Part shown: one piece after another, positions 19,468 to 41,520 of the stretch | Layout: each line of letters opens with the position of its first letter | Position numbering within the stretch: position 1 is the stretch's first letter | DNA from: the human T2T-CHM13v2.0 reference genome, Homo sapiens | Direction: 5' to 3' (one strand) | Assembly (NCBI RefSeq): GCF_009914755.1 | Contig: NC_060938.1 | Length of the DNA stretch: 64,000 bases | Notes under the pieces: model-generated | Databases searched by the model: none | What the model was told of the DNA's origin: nothing | Seen by the model: only the letters and a program-made list of their open reading frames with translations | Position numbers and translations under genes: made by a program

Positions 19468-20880
19468 TAGCTCTTCAAGATTTTTGCAATATCTGCTTTA
19501 CTGATGGTAATATTATGGAATTATGAAATTATTATTTTTCACTTTATATTGACTGACATTTTAAAGTTATTTTAAAAGGAAGCTATAGATCATGGACTTA
19601 ATATATTAGCTCAAGTTGTTAATACACATTAAATATATAACTCTTGAAGTTTTAAAAAAGTCTGTCTCTCAATATATCTCTGAAACCATGACATGCTGCG
19701 GTAGTAACAAGCCAACTATACATTGGGAAACCTTGCCCTGGACAGGGGAAGAGGGATTTAGAGGGAATTTCTAAATTGGGTGGTGGAAGCTGTTGGCCCA
19801 CTCGTAAGCAGTGCTATTCCTGGCCACCCACAGCTATGACCTTGGGAGCAGCTGTGAGACAGCAGAATCTGAGCTTCAAAGGAGGAATGGAATTGCATGC
19901 CTTAGGGAGACCCTAAGACAACTCTAAGAAACATTTAGACCACGAGCATCTCGGTGGCCATCAGATGGACTGAATAATAAAGATCTTTGTCTGTTTTCCA
20001 TACGTCCCAAAAGCAGCCTCCCAACTCCTCATTCTGGTGTTGTCCTCAAAGGAAAGATCGCCCTACCCCGACACATAGGCTTTGAAGTCAGGTTAAATTT
20101 GATTTAGAAAACTAATATGAGTCTTACCCCAAGATTGTGGAATAAAATTCAGACCCCTTAAACATATCTGCAACATGGGTGCCATGATCCCCATATATAT
20201 ATAAAATGAAGCTCAGATGGCTTAAGTGACTTCCCAGCGTCACTACAGTTAACAAGCGACAGCCTGCTGGCTCCAAATCTGGAAGCCTTGTTATACCCAT
20301 TTGCTCCTGCTTTTTTACAACAGGCATCACGGATACAACAGAGACATGACTCTGCCCTCCACACACTTGAAATCTAATTGGGACCCCAAATATTTTTCCC
20401 TATTATATATTAGGAAAACACCAGAAAATGTTTTCACTGGCAAACATAAATCCAGTTCCCACAAATGGAATCTAAGGCCATGTTCAGCATCCTTCTGTTC
20501 CTACAAACTCCTTGTTGTTATTTATTTTAATTTAACATTTAATAGAGACAGGGTCTCATCATGTGTCCCAGGCTGGTCTCAAACTCCTGGCCTCAAGGGA
20601 TCCTCCCAACCCAGCCTCCCAAAGGGCTGGGACTACAGGCAAAAGTGACCATGCCCAGCCATTTATTTTATTTTAATGCTTTCCTCTGACCACAAGGAAA
20701 TGATCATTTGGCAGCTGTGTTAACAAGAGCCCAGGCCAAAGTCTGACAGACCTGGCTTCCAAATCCTAGCTCTGCCCTTTACTGTGTGACTTTGAAGAAA
20801 TCCTTAATCTCTCTAGGCTGCAATTTCCTCACTTGCAAGAAGGAAAAAGTTGTTTTAAAAAATTAGAAATAATGTATGCA

Positions 20881-28175
<7,295 letters not shown>

Positions 28176-28418
28176 TCCATCTTTCCTTCTTCCTTCCCTC
28201 CCTCCCTCCCTTCCTTCCTTCCTTCCTCTCTTCCTTCTTTCCTTCCTTTTCTTTTTCTTTTTTTCTTCTTTCTTTCTCTCCTTCCTTCCTTTCTTTTTCT
28301 TTCCTTTTTTTTTCTTTCTGTTTTCCTAAATTTGTTCTCATGCATGGATATCCCCATCCCTTTCACTTCATCACTGATCATTGATTTTGTGGATTTATTT
28401 CCTTCTTATTTTCATTTC

Positions 28419-29225
28419 ATTTATATTATTTAATGGCATCTCTAGAAAGGCAAAGCAAAAATTTTGTGTGATCAGGATTCAGCAGTGATTTGCCAGTTTT
28501 CAGAGACAGGTCTTAAAACACTGGAGAAACAGACGATTTTACCAAGCTCTGTTTTGGTTTTGTTTTGTTTGCTTCCTTGTTTGTATTTTGCAGTTCTCCT
28601 CTCAATAAGAACACAGATGTGAGAGGGGAGGACAGATGCTTATGATCTTAATGGAACAATTCCTCATGTGGATGCAGGAGTCTCCTAATGCTCTTTAGTT
28701 GATTATGTTACACCTAGAAAACTCAGAAATGCTGCTGCCTATAAGACCAGACCAGTGGCCACCATTTTGCTAGAAATACCAGCATTAAAAAAGCAAACTG
28801 GAAATTACAATAAAGACAAAGGGAATGGAAGAGCTCAGCAGAGAGGTGCAAAACCATGTTTCTTTGTTGTTCTAGCTATATTTTTATTTTTAGCACCACA
28901 ACTGCTACTGTACATTTGTCCCAGCCAGTCATCCAAGTATTTGTAGAAATTAACTGCAATGTTATGAATGTTTCACAGGTGGATGAGCCAAAGCTGATGA
29001 GAAAACAAACGGGTTCTGATCTTGTCACCATTTGGGGGCTCTGAGTTTTATCTGGCTGAAAATAAATATGTTTTCAATCAGAAACTACTGTGGAGACATA
29101 AGATATATATATATATCTTATTTGTTTTAAGACCTGTCTCTGAAAACTGGCAAATCACTTGTTGAATCCTGATCACACAAAATTTTTCTTTTGCCTTTCT
29201 AGAGATGCCATTAAATAATATAAAT
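28419..29225. repeat. Inverted repeat with arms 28419-28520 and 29123-29225
   Basis: The arms are reverse complements with ~3 substitutions and 1 indel. Confidence 0.92.
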
Positions 29226-29362
29226 AGTATATACATATTATATAATATATAGTATATAATAAATATAGTATATATACATATAATATATATTAATATATAT
29301 TATAATAGGTATAAATATATTTATGTAAAAATATATTTATATATTAATATATATAATATATA
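29226..29362. repeat. AT-rich (TA)n-like low-complexity tract
   Basis: Read directly. Confidence 0.9.
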
Positions 29363-31292
29363 TTTTTCTTCTAGAAACGTAATGCCCAACTAAAATTGGC
29401 TTAAACCAGTGGTTCTTAAAATTGACTGCATGTCATAATCACCCAGGAGGCCTGGCTCCCACCTGGTGAGACCTGATTTCATTGGCATGGGTATTGTCCT
29501 GGGCATTAAGAGTGATTCTCTTGTGCAGCCAAGGCTGAGAATCACTGGCTTAAACACTACATTTATTGTTTCACTTCACCAGAAGTCTGGAGGCAGTATT
29601 ATGGGCATGGACTCAAGCACTTACCAACTTTCTCCTTAGTCATTCTCAGCCTGTTGTCAATGTCTCCACATTGGCACAGATGACTTCTAGAGCTCTGAAC
29701 ATAAAGGGTTCAAATACAGCAGGGAAAGTGAGGTCAAAAGCACTTCCTCTGCTGGGTGTAGTGGCTCACACCTTTAATCCCAGAACTTTGGGAGGCTGAG
29801 GCAGGAGAATTACTTGAAGCCAGGAGTTTGAGGCTGCAGTGAGCTAGGACCATGCCACCACACTCCAGCAGCCTGGGCAACAGAGTGAGACCCTGACAAA
29901 AAAAAAGAAAGAAAGAGAGACAGAGAGAGAAAGGGATGGAGGGAGGGAGGGAAGGAAAAAATGGTACTTATTTTTCATACTTGTCTTCCTAGGTCAGCAA
30001 GCAAGAAAAACCTTCTTAGAAGCCCCAATTTCTCCTTATTCCATTGGCTAGAACATTGTCATCCATAGACCAATCACTGGCAAAAAGGAATGGGATTGCC
30101 ATAATTGGCTTATGTCAATTACTTTGTTGCTGTTAGGAAACAAAAGGAGGGTTCCATTAAACTAAGAACAGAGGAATAGCTATTAGGTGGACAACCAAAA
30201 ATGTATCTCTGTTACCTTGTTATCTGAAACAAATCAGCAAAAACTCATCATTAACCATCAGTCTCCACTGAAACCACTCTTTCTCTTTATTTCTCAGACC
30301 TGCCAACACTTAGGGAAAATAGAAAGAACCCACGTTGAAATATTGGGAGCAGGTTCCCCCAATACTAGTATTTTATGGCTCTTTCTTGGAGTTCTTCCAA
30401 AGAACAAGAGAAATTTACTTAAACAAATAGAAAAAAAAATTCTATCTTGAGATTGCCTTATGGATTCATTGATGCTTTTATAAATCCAAGATACATTATG
30501 GGATCTTACTGATCTTGTTTTCACATTTTGCTATTTCATGATTTAAGGAATTCTTTTATCATACTTTTCAATCTTTTCCATATATATATATATATATATA
30601 TATGTATTTTTTTTTTGAGACAGAGTCTTGCTCTGTCGCCCAGGCTGGAGTGCAATGGGGTGATCTTGGCTCACTGCAACCTCCGCCTCCCAGGTTCAAG
30701 CATGTAATCTTTTAAAATGTTTGTGCACCAGCATTTACTTGAAACAAAGGTGTACTGTTCAAATTCTTGCTAACATTTCTATTAAATTTTTTTACTATCC
30801 TTTTATTCTTCTGAAAATTAAGCATAAAATGACTACAAAACAGTGATGACTATTTTTTTTGATATACTGACAAAGATTACTCAGATTACCCAGTTGTGGG
30901 CTCAGAATCCTTTATCAGTGTCCACAGGAGAAATATATTGTTGACCTTGTTTAGGATAGGCACTGTGCCAGGCTCTGAAGGTACAAAAAAAACACATCTG
31001 TTCCTGAAGAGCTTTTGCCATGCTGGGGAGCCAGGAATACAAATTCTCTCCCAATAGCTACAAATGCCACATTAGGGTTTTTCTTTTTCATTTCATTTCA
31101 CTTCATTTCTTATATTTATTTTATTTTATGTTATTTTATTTTATTTTAGAGAGTGTCTCTGTCCAAGGTAGGTGGATCCCTTGAGGTCAGGAGTTCAAGA
31201 CCAGCCTGGCCAACATGATGAAACCTCATCTCTACTAAAAATACAAAAATTAGCCAGGTGTGGTGTCACACGCTTGTAATCCCAGCTACTCA

Positions 31293-31391
<99 letters not shown>

Positions 31392-31689
31392 CTATGTCAA
31401 GAGAAAAAGAAAAAAAAAAATTTAAATAGAGACACTCTGTTGTCCAGGCTGGAATGTGGTAGCACGATTAGGGCTCACTGCAGCCTCAACTTCCCGAACT
31501 CAAGCAATCCTCTCACCTCAGCCTCCCAAGAAGCTGGGACTACAGATATGTGCCACCACACCTGGTTAATTTTTCAATTTTTGGTAGAGATGGGGTCTCA
31601 TATGTTGTCCAGGTTGGTCTCAAACTCCTGGGCTCACATCACCCTCCCAAAGTGCTGGGATTACAGGTGTGAGCCACTATGTCTGGCCT

Positions 31690-32430
31690 TCATCTTTAAC
31701 TTTGATAACTAGTAATCTGTTCTTTATCTCTACAATTATTTCATGAATGTTATATGAATTACATTCTGTAGTTTATATTCCTTTGAGATTGGCTTTTTTT
31801 ACTCAGCATAATGTCTTTGAGGTTAATCCAAGTTGTGGAGTGTATCAATAGTTTATTCCTTTTCATTGCTGAGTAGTATACCATGATATGAATGTACCAT
31901 AGTTTGTTTAACCATTAACACATTGAGGGACATTTGGGTAGTTTTCAGTTTGGTACGATTACAAATAAAGCTGATATGAACAGTCATGTACAAGTCCCTG
32001 TGTAAAAATAAGTTTTCATTTCTCTGGGATAAATGCCCAAGAGGGCAATTGCTGGGTTGTATGTTAAATGCATTCTAGTTTTGAAAGAAACTGACAGACT
32101 ATTTCCTAGAGAGGCTGTACAGTTTTACATTCCTACCAGCCATATATAAGCGATCCAGTTTCTCTGCATCCTCACTCATATCAACAGCATTTGGTATCAC
32201 GATTTTTCATTTTGGCTTTTCTGAAAGGCCTGTAGTAATATCTCACTGTAGATTTAATTTGCATTTCTGTAATGGCTAGTGATCATTGAACAACTTTTCA
32301 TGTGTTTATCTGCCAGCTGTATAACCTTTTACTGAATGTCTGTGCATGTCTTTTCCTTAGTTTCTAATTGGATTATGTTTCGGTTTTGGTTTTTAATGTT
32401 GAGTTTAAGAGTTCTTCATATATTTTAGAT
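31690..32430 (-). mobile_element. L1M (L1MB/MC-like) 3' fragment
   Basis: Typical antisense L1M text: ttcctttttcattgctgagtagtat...ttttacattcctaccagc. Confidence 0.75.
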
Positions 32431-33353
32431 ACACCCAGCTACTATTTTTAATCAGCTGCTATAACATTTCATATGTGGGGGAAATGATGTCATATAGAGT
32501 CTCTATCTCACCAAACCACATTAATACTCCTCCCTCTTTGGAAACACCATCTATATCAATTCCAATCCAGTCTTCAGAGAGGAACACTCTTTTTGAGGGG
32601 CCTTTTCCAATCTTGGGCAAAATGTTTCATTTGCCATTAATCTGCTCCAAGAATTAGAATGCCAACTCTTCATCCTTCTTTCTCTAGGTTTTTTGTTAGC
32701 AGAGCCACAAAAGCAGATGCGACAATATTGAGGTGATAATTTTTCAGTTTGTTTTTAATTTTTTTTCCCGCTTTTCCAACTTTCACTAGATTGGTTTTCT
32801 CTGCTCAGTGATGCTCTCTCTCCTTCCCCACTTTAGCTTTCCTCTGCTGTGGCTGTGGCATCATCTCTACATGACCATGCAGTTTAGTTCTGCAGATGAA
32901 CTAATTTGGCTTCTGTGTCCAAATTCCAGACAAATGGGAGAGATATTAGATCCCCCAATATTGGGGTCAATTGCACTTCTACTAGCACAGCTGTGGCCAG
33001 ACGAAGTGATGGCAAGAGATATGTGGGCTATCCTTCTGGAGATGTGTACTGTGCAGATTGTCTAAGAAGGAGGTCTGAGCAGGAAATTATTGTCCCTTTT
33101 ATTACAAGGATCATAAATAATAAGTCTGAGAGGTTAAGTGGTCCCCCAAGGCCTCATATCCCCAGTGGTAGAGCCAAATATAAACCCTAAGCCTATCAAA
33201 CTCCAAAGCTTATACTGGATTGACTGTGCCAATCACCTCACCAGCATGGTTTTTTTGCTCTCAAAAACCTGGGTCTCTTGGTGAGATAAACAAGTATCCA
33301 CAATTACAAAAGAGACACGTAAATTCTGACAGAAACATGCAAGGAGAAAGCAG

Positions 33354-33472
33354 AAGATAGAGATCTACTAAATTAATTTACAGGGCTGGAAAATTTTTTA
33401 AAAGGAAAAATATAAGATAGAGATCTACTAAATTAATTTATAGGGCTGGAAATTTTTTAAAAAGGAAAAATA
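33354..33472. repeat. 60-bp direct tandem duplication (2 copies)
   Basis: aagatagagatctactaaattaattta(c/t)agggctgga... occurs twice with period 60. Confidence 0.95.
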
Positions 33473-33490
33473 ATAAATAAATACAATTTA

Positions 33491-33709
<219 letters not shown>

Positions 33710-33712
33710 TCA

Positions 33713-34117
<405 letters not shown>

Positions 34118-34797
34118 CTAAAATAAACAAACATATAGATAAATAAAATACAACTTACAAGTAAAGAAACAATAGCATTATTCCCTTTTTAACAAGTCTT
34201 GGAGTATTTTAAATTTATGCTTATATTACTAGCCTCGTTATCAAAATACTTGAGTGTGTTTACAAGCCCTTGGGTGATATGGTCTAGTGACATACAAAAT
34301 TAATTCCATAAAGTGACAGAAATAAACCAGATGGCACAAATCTCTTTGAACAAGATATATGCTTTTGTGAAAGAACACTTTAATTTTGTGCTTTAATCAG
34401 CATTAACTGACTTTCTACTGTTAAACCAATCTTGTGTTTTTAGGATTAAGCCAATGGGGTAGCTGAATAGTATTTTTTAATACATTGTTGGATCTGGCCT
34501 ACTAAAACTTTCACTTAAGATTTTTCATCTTATGTTCATGAATGAGATTGGTTTATAATTTTTCTTTCTTGAACTAACCTTGTCAAATTTTATATCAAGA
34601 TTATGACAGTCATTATACTCCATAATTATATAAGACTGTAAATTTTACTTCATTGTGATATAATTTTAAATCCATCTAGCCTGATGGTTTTCTTTTTGAA
34701 AAGAATTCTAAATATAGACTAATTTTTAAAATTGGTTATAGACTATTCAGATTATCTATTTTTTCTTGAGTTAGTTTTACAATAACAACTTTACTGA

Positions 34798-34989
<192 letters not shown>

Positions 34990-35095
34990 TGAGTAGCTGA
35001 GACTACAGGTGCGCACCACTACGCCCAGCTAATTTTTGTATTTCTAGTAGAGATGGGGTTTCACCACGTTGGCCAGGATGGTCTCTATCTGTTGA

Positions 35096-35479
<384 letters not shown>

Positions 35480-36117
35480 TGATTTTTAGTAAATTCATAT
35501 AATTATGCAACAACTACCACTATCTAAAACCAGATTCTAGGAAATTTTCATCACTCCAAAAAGAAACCCTGTATTCATTATCAGTCACTCCCACTTTCCC
35601 CCTAACTCCCAGTCCTAGGCAACCACCAATCTACTTTCTGTCTCTATAGATTTGCCCATTCTGGACATTTCATAAAAGTGGAATCAAAATATGTGGTCCT
35701 CTGTTTGAAGGTATCCTCACTAGCCATCCTGCCTCAAGACAGCCTGCCAGCCCACCCTGCTGATTTCACTCTACAACATCAACTCTGACCTCGATTTCCT
35801 GGTTTCTACCCTGCTGGTCAGCCCTATAAAAACTTCCAGGCTGCCAGCCCCCATGAGCTTAAATTGATATTTCAAAAATCAGACTAGTATATTCTGGACT
35901 GAAGTGGGCAGGATCCTGGGCCTCAAGATGAACAAGCCCTGGTCTGCCCACGCCTGAGCAGGACAGGAAGGGCTTCGTGGATAAGGAGAATCTTGTTGTC
36001 TTTAAAGGGAATTATTTTGAGGCTCTTCCCCTGAACTGGCAGACTAACATCTATATAAGGCCGACTTGGGCTTGGAGTATGGCCTGGAGTGCTTCCATTC
36101 TGCTATAGGGACAATGA

Positions 36118-36396
<279 letters not shown>

Positions 36397-38519
36397 TAGG
36401 ATTACAGGCATGAGCCACCTTGCCCAGCTTCCTAACTCTTAAATAGCTTACCAGGTTGTTTTCATGTCCTGGTCTGGCACTCAGTATTTACTCAAGCTTT
36501 GAACATGAACACCCTCTGTTGGAAAATTACTAGCAGTCCTAACCCAAATGCTATGAAGGGAATTCCTGGTTTCTGACAAGTTTCAGTGCTCACCTAAGTT
36601 ATTGAAAAATCACTTCTCTGGACCAGAAGTTTATATTCCACTAGGAACACCGCTCTATAAATTGCCCCAATTACTTGCTTACTAGTATTTTGTGTTTCTT
36701 TTTTCCTCCACCCCTGTTAATACAATATCCCTCTTAATAAGTTCATTTTTCTTTTTGGAAAAATAAGATAAAACATGTGGTTCTTTGTGAGGCTTCTTTC
36801 ACTTATCATAGTGTTTTTATGGTTTATTTATGTTATAACATGTATCAGTACTTCACTTCTTTTTGTTATCAAATAACATTTATCCATTCATCAGTTGATG
36901 GACATTTGGGTTGTTTCTACTTTTCAGCTATCAGGGAAAATGGTGTATGAATATTCATGTATGTTTTCATGTGGATACACAGTTTCATTGATTTTGGGCT
37001 TATAGCTAGCTATGGAATTGCTGGTTAACCTTTTGAGGAACTGGTAATGGCACCATTTTACATTCCTACCAGCAACTTATAAGGGTTCCTATTTATCCAG
37101 ATCCTCACTAACATTTGTTATTGTCCATCTTTCTGATTATGGCCTTATAGCCATCCTAGTGGTAGCAGGTGTGAAGTGTTATCTTTTTTTTTTCCTTAGA
37201 GACAGTCTCACCATGTTGCCCAGGCTAGAACACGACTATTCACAGGCGCAATCATAGTACACTGAGGCCTTGAACTCCGCACTTCCAGTAATCTTCCCAC
37301 CTCAGTGGCCTGAGTAGCTGGGACTACAGGCATGTACTTGTGTGCCCATTTTCTTTGTGGTTTTTGCTTTGCATTTTCCTGATGACTAAACATATTGCGC
37401 ATCTTTTCATGTGCTTATTGGCCACTGGAATGCAATGGTGCAATCATAGCTTACTGCTGCCTCGAATTCCTGGGCTTTAGGCATCCTCCTGCCTCAGTCT
37501 CCTGAGTAGCTGAGACTACAGGCATGCACCACCATGCCCAGATAATTTTTACAATTTTTTTGTAGAGATGAAGTCTCACCATCTTGCCTAGGCTGCTCTC
37601 GAATTTCTGGGCTCAAGCAATCTCTACCTCAGAGTTCTCAAAGTGCTGGGATTATAGGTGTGAGCCACTGTACTTGGCTATCACTTTCTTGATGGTGTTC
37701 CCTGAAACATGGAAATTTTAAATTTTGATGTTGACTTCATCTTTTCTCTTGTTGATTGTACCTCTGGTGTCATATTTAAAGTCACAAAGATTTACATCTG
37801 TTTTCTTCTAAGGATCTTATAGTTTTAGCTCTTACATTTAGGTCTTGATTCACTATATGGTATGAGGTAGGGCTCCAACTTCTTTGGGATGTGTCTAGAT
37901 GTCCAGCACCATTTGTGGAAAACACTATCCTTTTTCCATTAAATTTTCCTGGCACTCTTGTTAAAAATCAATTAATTGTAAATGAGAGGGTCTATTTCTG
38001 GATTCTCCATTCTATTCCATTAATCTTTATGTCTATTCTTATGCCATATAAAGACAGTACCACACTGTATAGTAAGTTTTGAAAGTGGAAAGTGTGAATC
38101 CTCCAACTTACTCTTCTTTTTCAAGAGTGCTTTGGCTATTCTGGGTCCCTTGAATTTCCATATCAATTTTAGAACCAGCTTGTCAATTTCTGCAAAGAAG
38201 CCAGCTGTGGTTTTGATAGGGATTGCATTGAATCTGTAGATAAGTTTAGGGAGTATTATCATGTTAACAGTATTGTCTTCTGGTCCATAACCGTGAGATG
38301 GCTTTCAATTTATTTAGTTCTTCCTTTATGTCTTTCAACAATGTTTTATAGTTTTCAAAGTGTAAGTTTTGCACTTATTTTGTTAAATTTATTCCTAAAT
38401 GTTTTATTCTTTGTTACCATAAATGTCTCAAGTCAATTTTAATAAGCTCTGCTTTTGTAGGTGCCTGTTCATTTCATCAAAGTTTTCCAATTTGTTGTCA
38501 TAAAATTGTAATACCTTGA

Positions 38520-38922
38520 ATCAGTGTTCAACCAAAAAAATAGAACTGGTAGGAAATATATATAAGATTTCTTGCAATGAATTGGATCACATAATTATGG
38601 GGGCTGGCACGGCAAGTCTAAAACCCTAAATCCCATGCCAGACCTTCAGGATTGGCAGGCTAGAAGCCTTGGGCATGAGATGAAGTTGCTACCCACAGGT
38701 ATAATTTCTTCTTTTTCCTCAGGGGAGCCTCAGTTTTGCTCTTACGGCCTTTGAACTGATTAAATCAGGCCCATACAGATGATCTAGGATAGTCTCTCTG
38801 CCTCAAATCCAACTGATCATGAATTTTAATATCCATAAAATACCTTCACAACATATAAGTCAGTATTTGATTGAATATTGGTGACTCTAGCTTAGCCAAT
38901 TTGACACACAAAACTGACCACA
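38520..38922 (-). mobile_element. MLT2-type LTR (ERVL)
   Basis: tcagtgttcaacc...aattggatcacataattatggggg...ttgacacacaaaactgaccaca. Confidence 0.7.
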
Positions 38923-39013
38923 AGCTTCTTCTTTATATCTGTATCATTTGTAGTTAATAAATCTCTTTTCATTCCTAAGATCATTTTTGTGCTTTTCTCT
39001 CATCTTGATCAAT

Positions 39014-39251
39014 GTAATATGAATATTAACAAGTGTAACTGTGTCTTCCTTACTTTATATAATAGATATCAAAGACTTATGATTGATTACTAACTTAAAA
39101 TCATAAGGCACCTTAAACTCTGTCTTAAGTATAAAATGTTTTCACATAATTGTGATTTTAGGCCAAAGACCGAGTTCCAGATGTGGCTAGAAGAAAATAG
39201 AAGTAATATTTTGTCTGACAATCCTGACTTTTCAGATGAAGCAGACATAAT
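39014..39251 (+). pseudogene. Inverted duplicate of the WDHD1 intron end plus the first ~90 bp of the HMG-box exon
   Basis: Reverse complement of 45572-45807; 8 substitutions and one 2-bp indel by manual alignment. Confidence 0.95.
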
Positions 39252-41004
39252 TTTTCTAATTCATTAATCTATCAAAAGACCAACTTTTGGCTTTTTTAAA
39301 TTCCATTATGTTTATTTCCTATTCCATCAGTTTTTGTCCTTTATAATACAGTCCCAAAGTGGGTAGAAATTAGTGTCAATCCCAGAATACCACCTTCTAC
39401 CCATTTTGGCACAGGCCATCCTTCAAATTCTAAGCTTGGGACCGGGAGCAGTGGCTCACACCTGTAATCCAAGCACTTTGGAAGGCCGAGGCAGGCAGAT
39501 CATTTGAGGTCAGGAGTTTGAGACCAGCCTGGCCACCACGGCGAAACCTTGTCTCTCTACTAAAAACACAAAAATTAGCTGGGCATGGTGGCGCACATCT
39601 ATAATCCAAGCTACTCAGGAGGCCGAGGCCAGAGAATCACTTGAACCCAAAAGGCAGAGGCTGCAGTGAACCAAGATCATGCCATTGCACTCCAGCCTGG
39701 GCAACAGAAAGACTGTCTCAAACAAAGACACACAGGAGTTTGAGACCAGCCTGGGCAACATGATGAAACCCATCTATGTAAAAAAATACAAAAACTAGCC
39801 AGGTGTGGTGGCATTTGCCTATACTCCCAGCTACTTGGGGCTGAAGCAGGAGGATCACCTCAGCCCAGGGAGGTCAAGGCTACAATGAGTTGTGACTGTG
39901 CCACTGCACTTCAGCCTGGGTGACAGAGAGAGACCCTGTCTTTAAAATAAATAAATAAATAAATAAATAAATAAAAGTATTTACCTCTAATAATTAAATA
40001 CAATGCATGATTCTCGATTGGATCCTAAACTGGGGGTAAAAATGGCTAACGGCACTTTGAGGGAAATTTTATTATAAAATACAGGCTATGTAATAATATC
40101 ATCTGTTAAATTTCTTTGGAGTAATTATGGCATTGTAATTATGCAGAAGAAAATCTTTATTCTTAGGGTACATGCTGGGAACTGAGGGATGAAGTATATG
40201 CATATTCCAAATGGTTCAGGAAAAATCCTGTCTATAAAGCATACATGATAAAATGTCAACAATAAGACAAACTAGAGGAAGGATATACAGGTGCTTACTG
40301 TCAAATTTCAAATTTTCTGTAGGTTTGAGAGATTCAAGATGAAAACTTGGGGGAAAATTATATATTCTGATAATAAAACAGATGGGAAACAAAGAGGGCC
40401 CATAAGACAGTCACTGATTAAGATGCTTTCTACATGGATGGGCCTCATCCTTTTGTCCAAAGGGACTACCTGGCATCTGTTCCATGTTAGTGACAGTGAC
40501 TCACCCCAGGTTGCTGCACAGATATGAGAGGCTTTAGATCATAGCACAGTCCCCAGAGCTGCACATAACCCCAGTGCCTATTCACTTGTTCTCCAAAATA
40601 AATCTGTAAAGTAACCTCCTGTGAGGAGTTTTTGCTTTTGGAGAATAAAATTAAGTATATGTCAATTTTCTATAGTATACAATAAGCTCAAGTAGGCAAT
40701 ATTATTGATATGATGATGATTAATAATTAATTTATTTCCATTTTCACTTTCATACTATTCAGTCCCAATTCTCTGGAAAAAAAAAAAAAGAACACTGGAA
40801 AAAAACAGGTTTACTATTATATAGCAGAGAAATAAGGATAATGTTTCTTGGTTTCAAAGTTCTGATTTGTAAGTTAAACCAAGTCAATACAAAAACCTTC
40901 CTTCAGCCAAAAAAAAGTAGGGAAGTAAAAACCCTTTTGTAAATCCTTGTTATTAGGTTGCTATGAATCTGAAATACAATATACACAGATTATATCCTTA
41001 AGCA

Positions 41005-41079
41005 TTAGGTTGGCACAAAAGAAATCGCGGTTTTTGCCACTGAAATGGCGAAACTGCATTTACTTTTATATCAACCTAG
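41005..41079. mobile_element. MADE1 (Hsmar1-derived MITE) in the WDHD1 3' UTR
   Basis: Palindromic ttaggttggcacaaaag...gcggtttttgcca...tggcgaaactgca...acttttatatcaaccta. Confidence 0.85.
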
Positions 41080-41269
41080 TATTATAAAATATATACAAAG
41101 CAAGTTGAGGAACCAAACACAAAATACATGTCTACAAACATGCTTTCCAATGTACTATAAATAAACCTTTACTTAAGATCTTGAAATCAAAATTAGTTTG
41201 TATAGTATTCAGAATCAAACCTAATGACAAAGCAAGATGAAATAACCAACAGCATCATCATTATCAGAA

Positions 41270-41520
41270 TAGTAACTAACATTTATATAAAAGATTACTA
41301 TGTGTCAGAAACTAAGGGCTTTCATTTCATTCAATTCTCATAACAACCTATAAAGTAGGTACTATCATTATATCCATTTTACAGATGAGTGAATGAAGGC
41401 TAGAATTTGGGTCACCGGCCCAACATGACCCAACTATTAGTAGTAGGTAGAGAAGCGGGTCTCCGAACCTAGGTAATCTGGCTTTGGAATCTGTGCTCAT
41501 AACCACTGTGCTATAATGTC
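41270..41520. mobile_element. MIR SINE in the WDHD1 3' UTR
   Basis: MIR core: attatatccattttacagatgag. Confidence 0.75.

Larger units (their letters stand above)
36770..39340 (-). mobile_element. Fragmented old L1M interrupted by Alus, an MLT2 LTR and an inverted WDHD1 fragment
   Basis: ORF 38020-38262 (-) reads [15 protein letters not shown], which is L1 ORF2. Confidence 0.8.

Noticed and set aside
39014-39251. Processed pseudogene or alternative WDHD1 exon
   Set aside because: It contains intron, has no poly(A) or evident target-site duplication, is on the opposite strand, and has no donor; a DNA-level or pre-mRNA-templated copy fits better.
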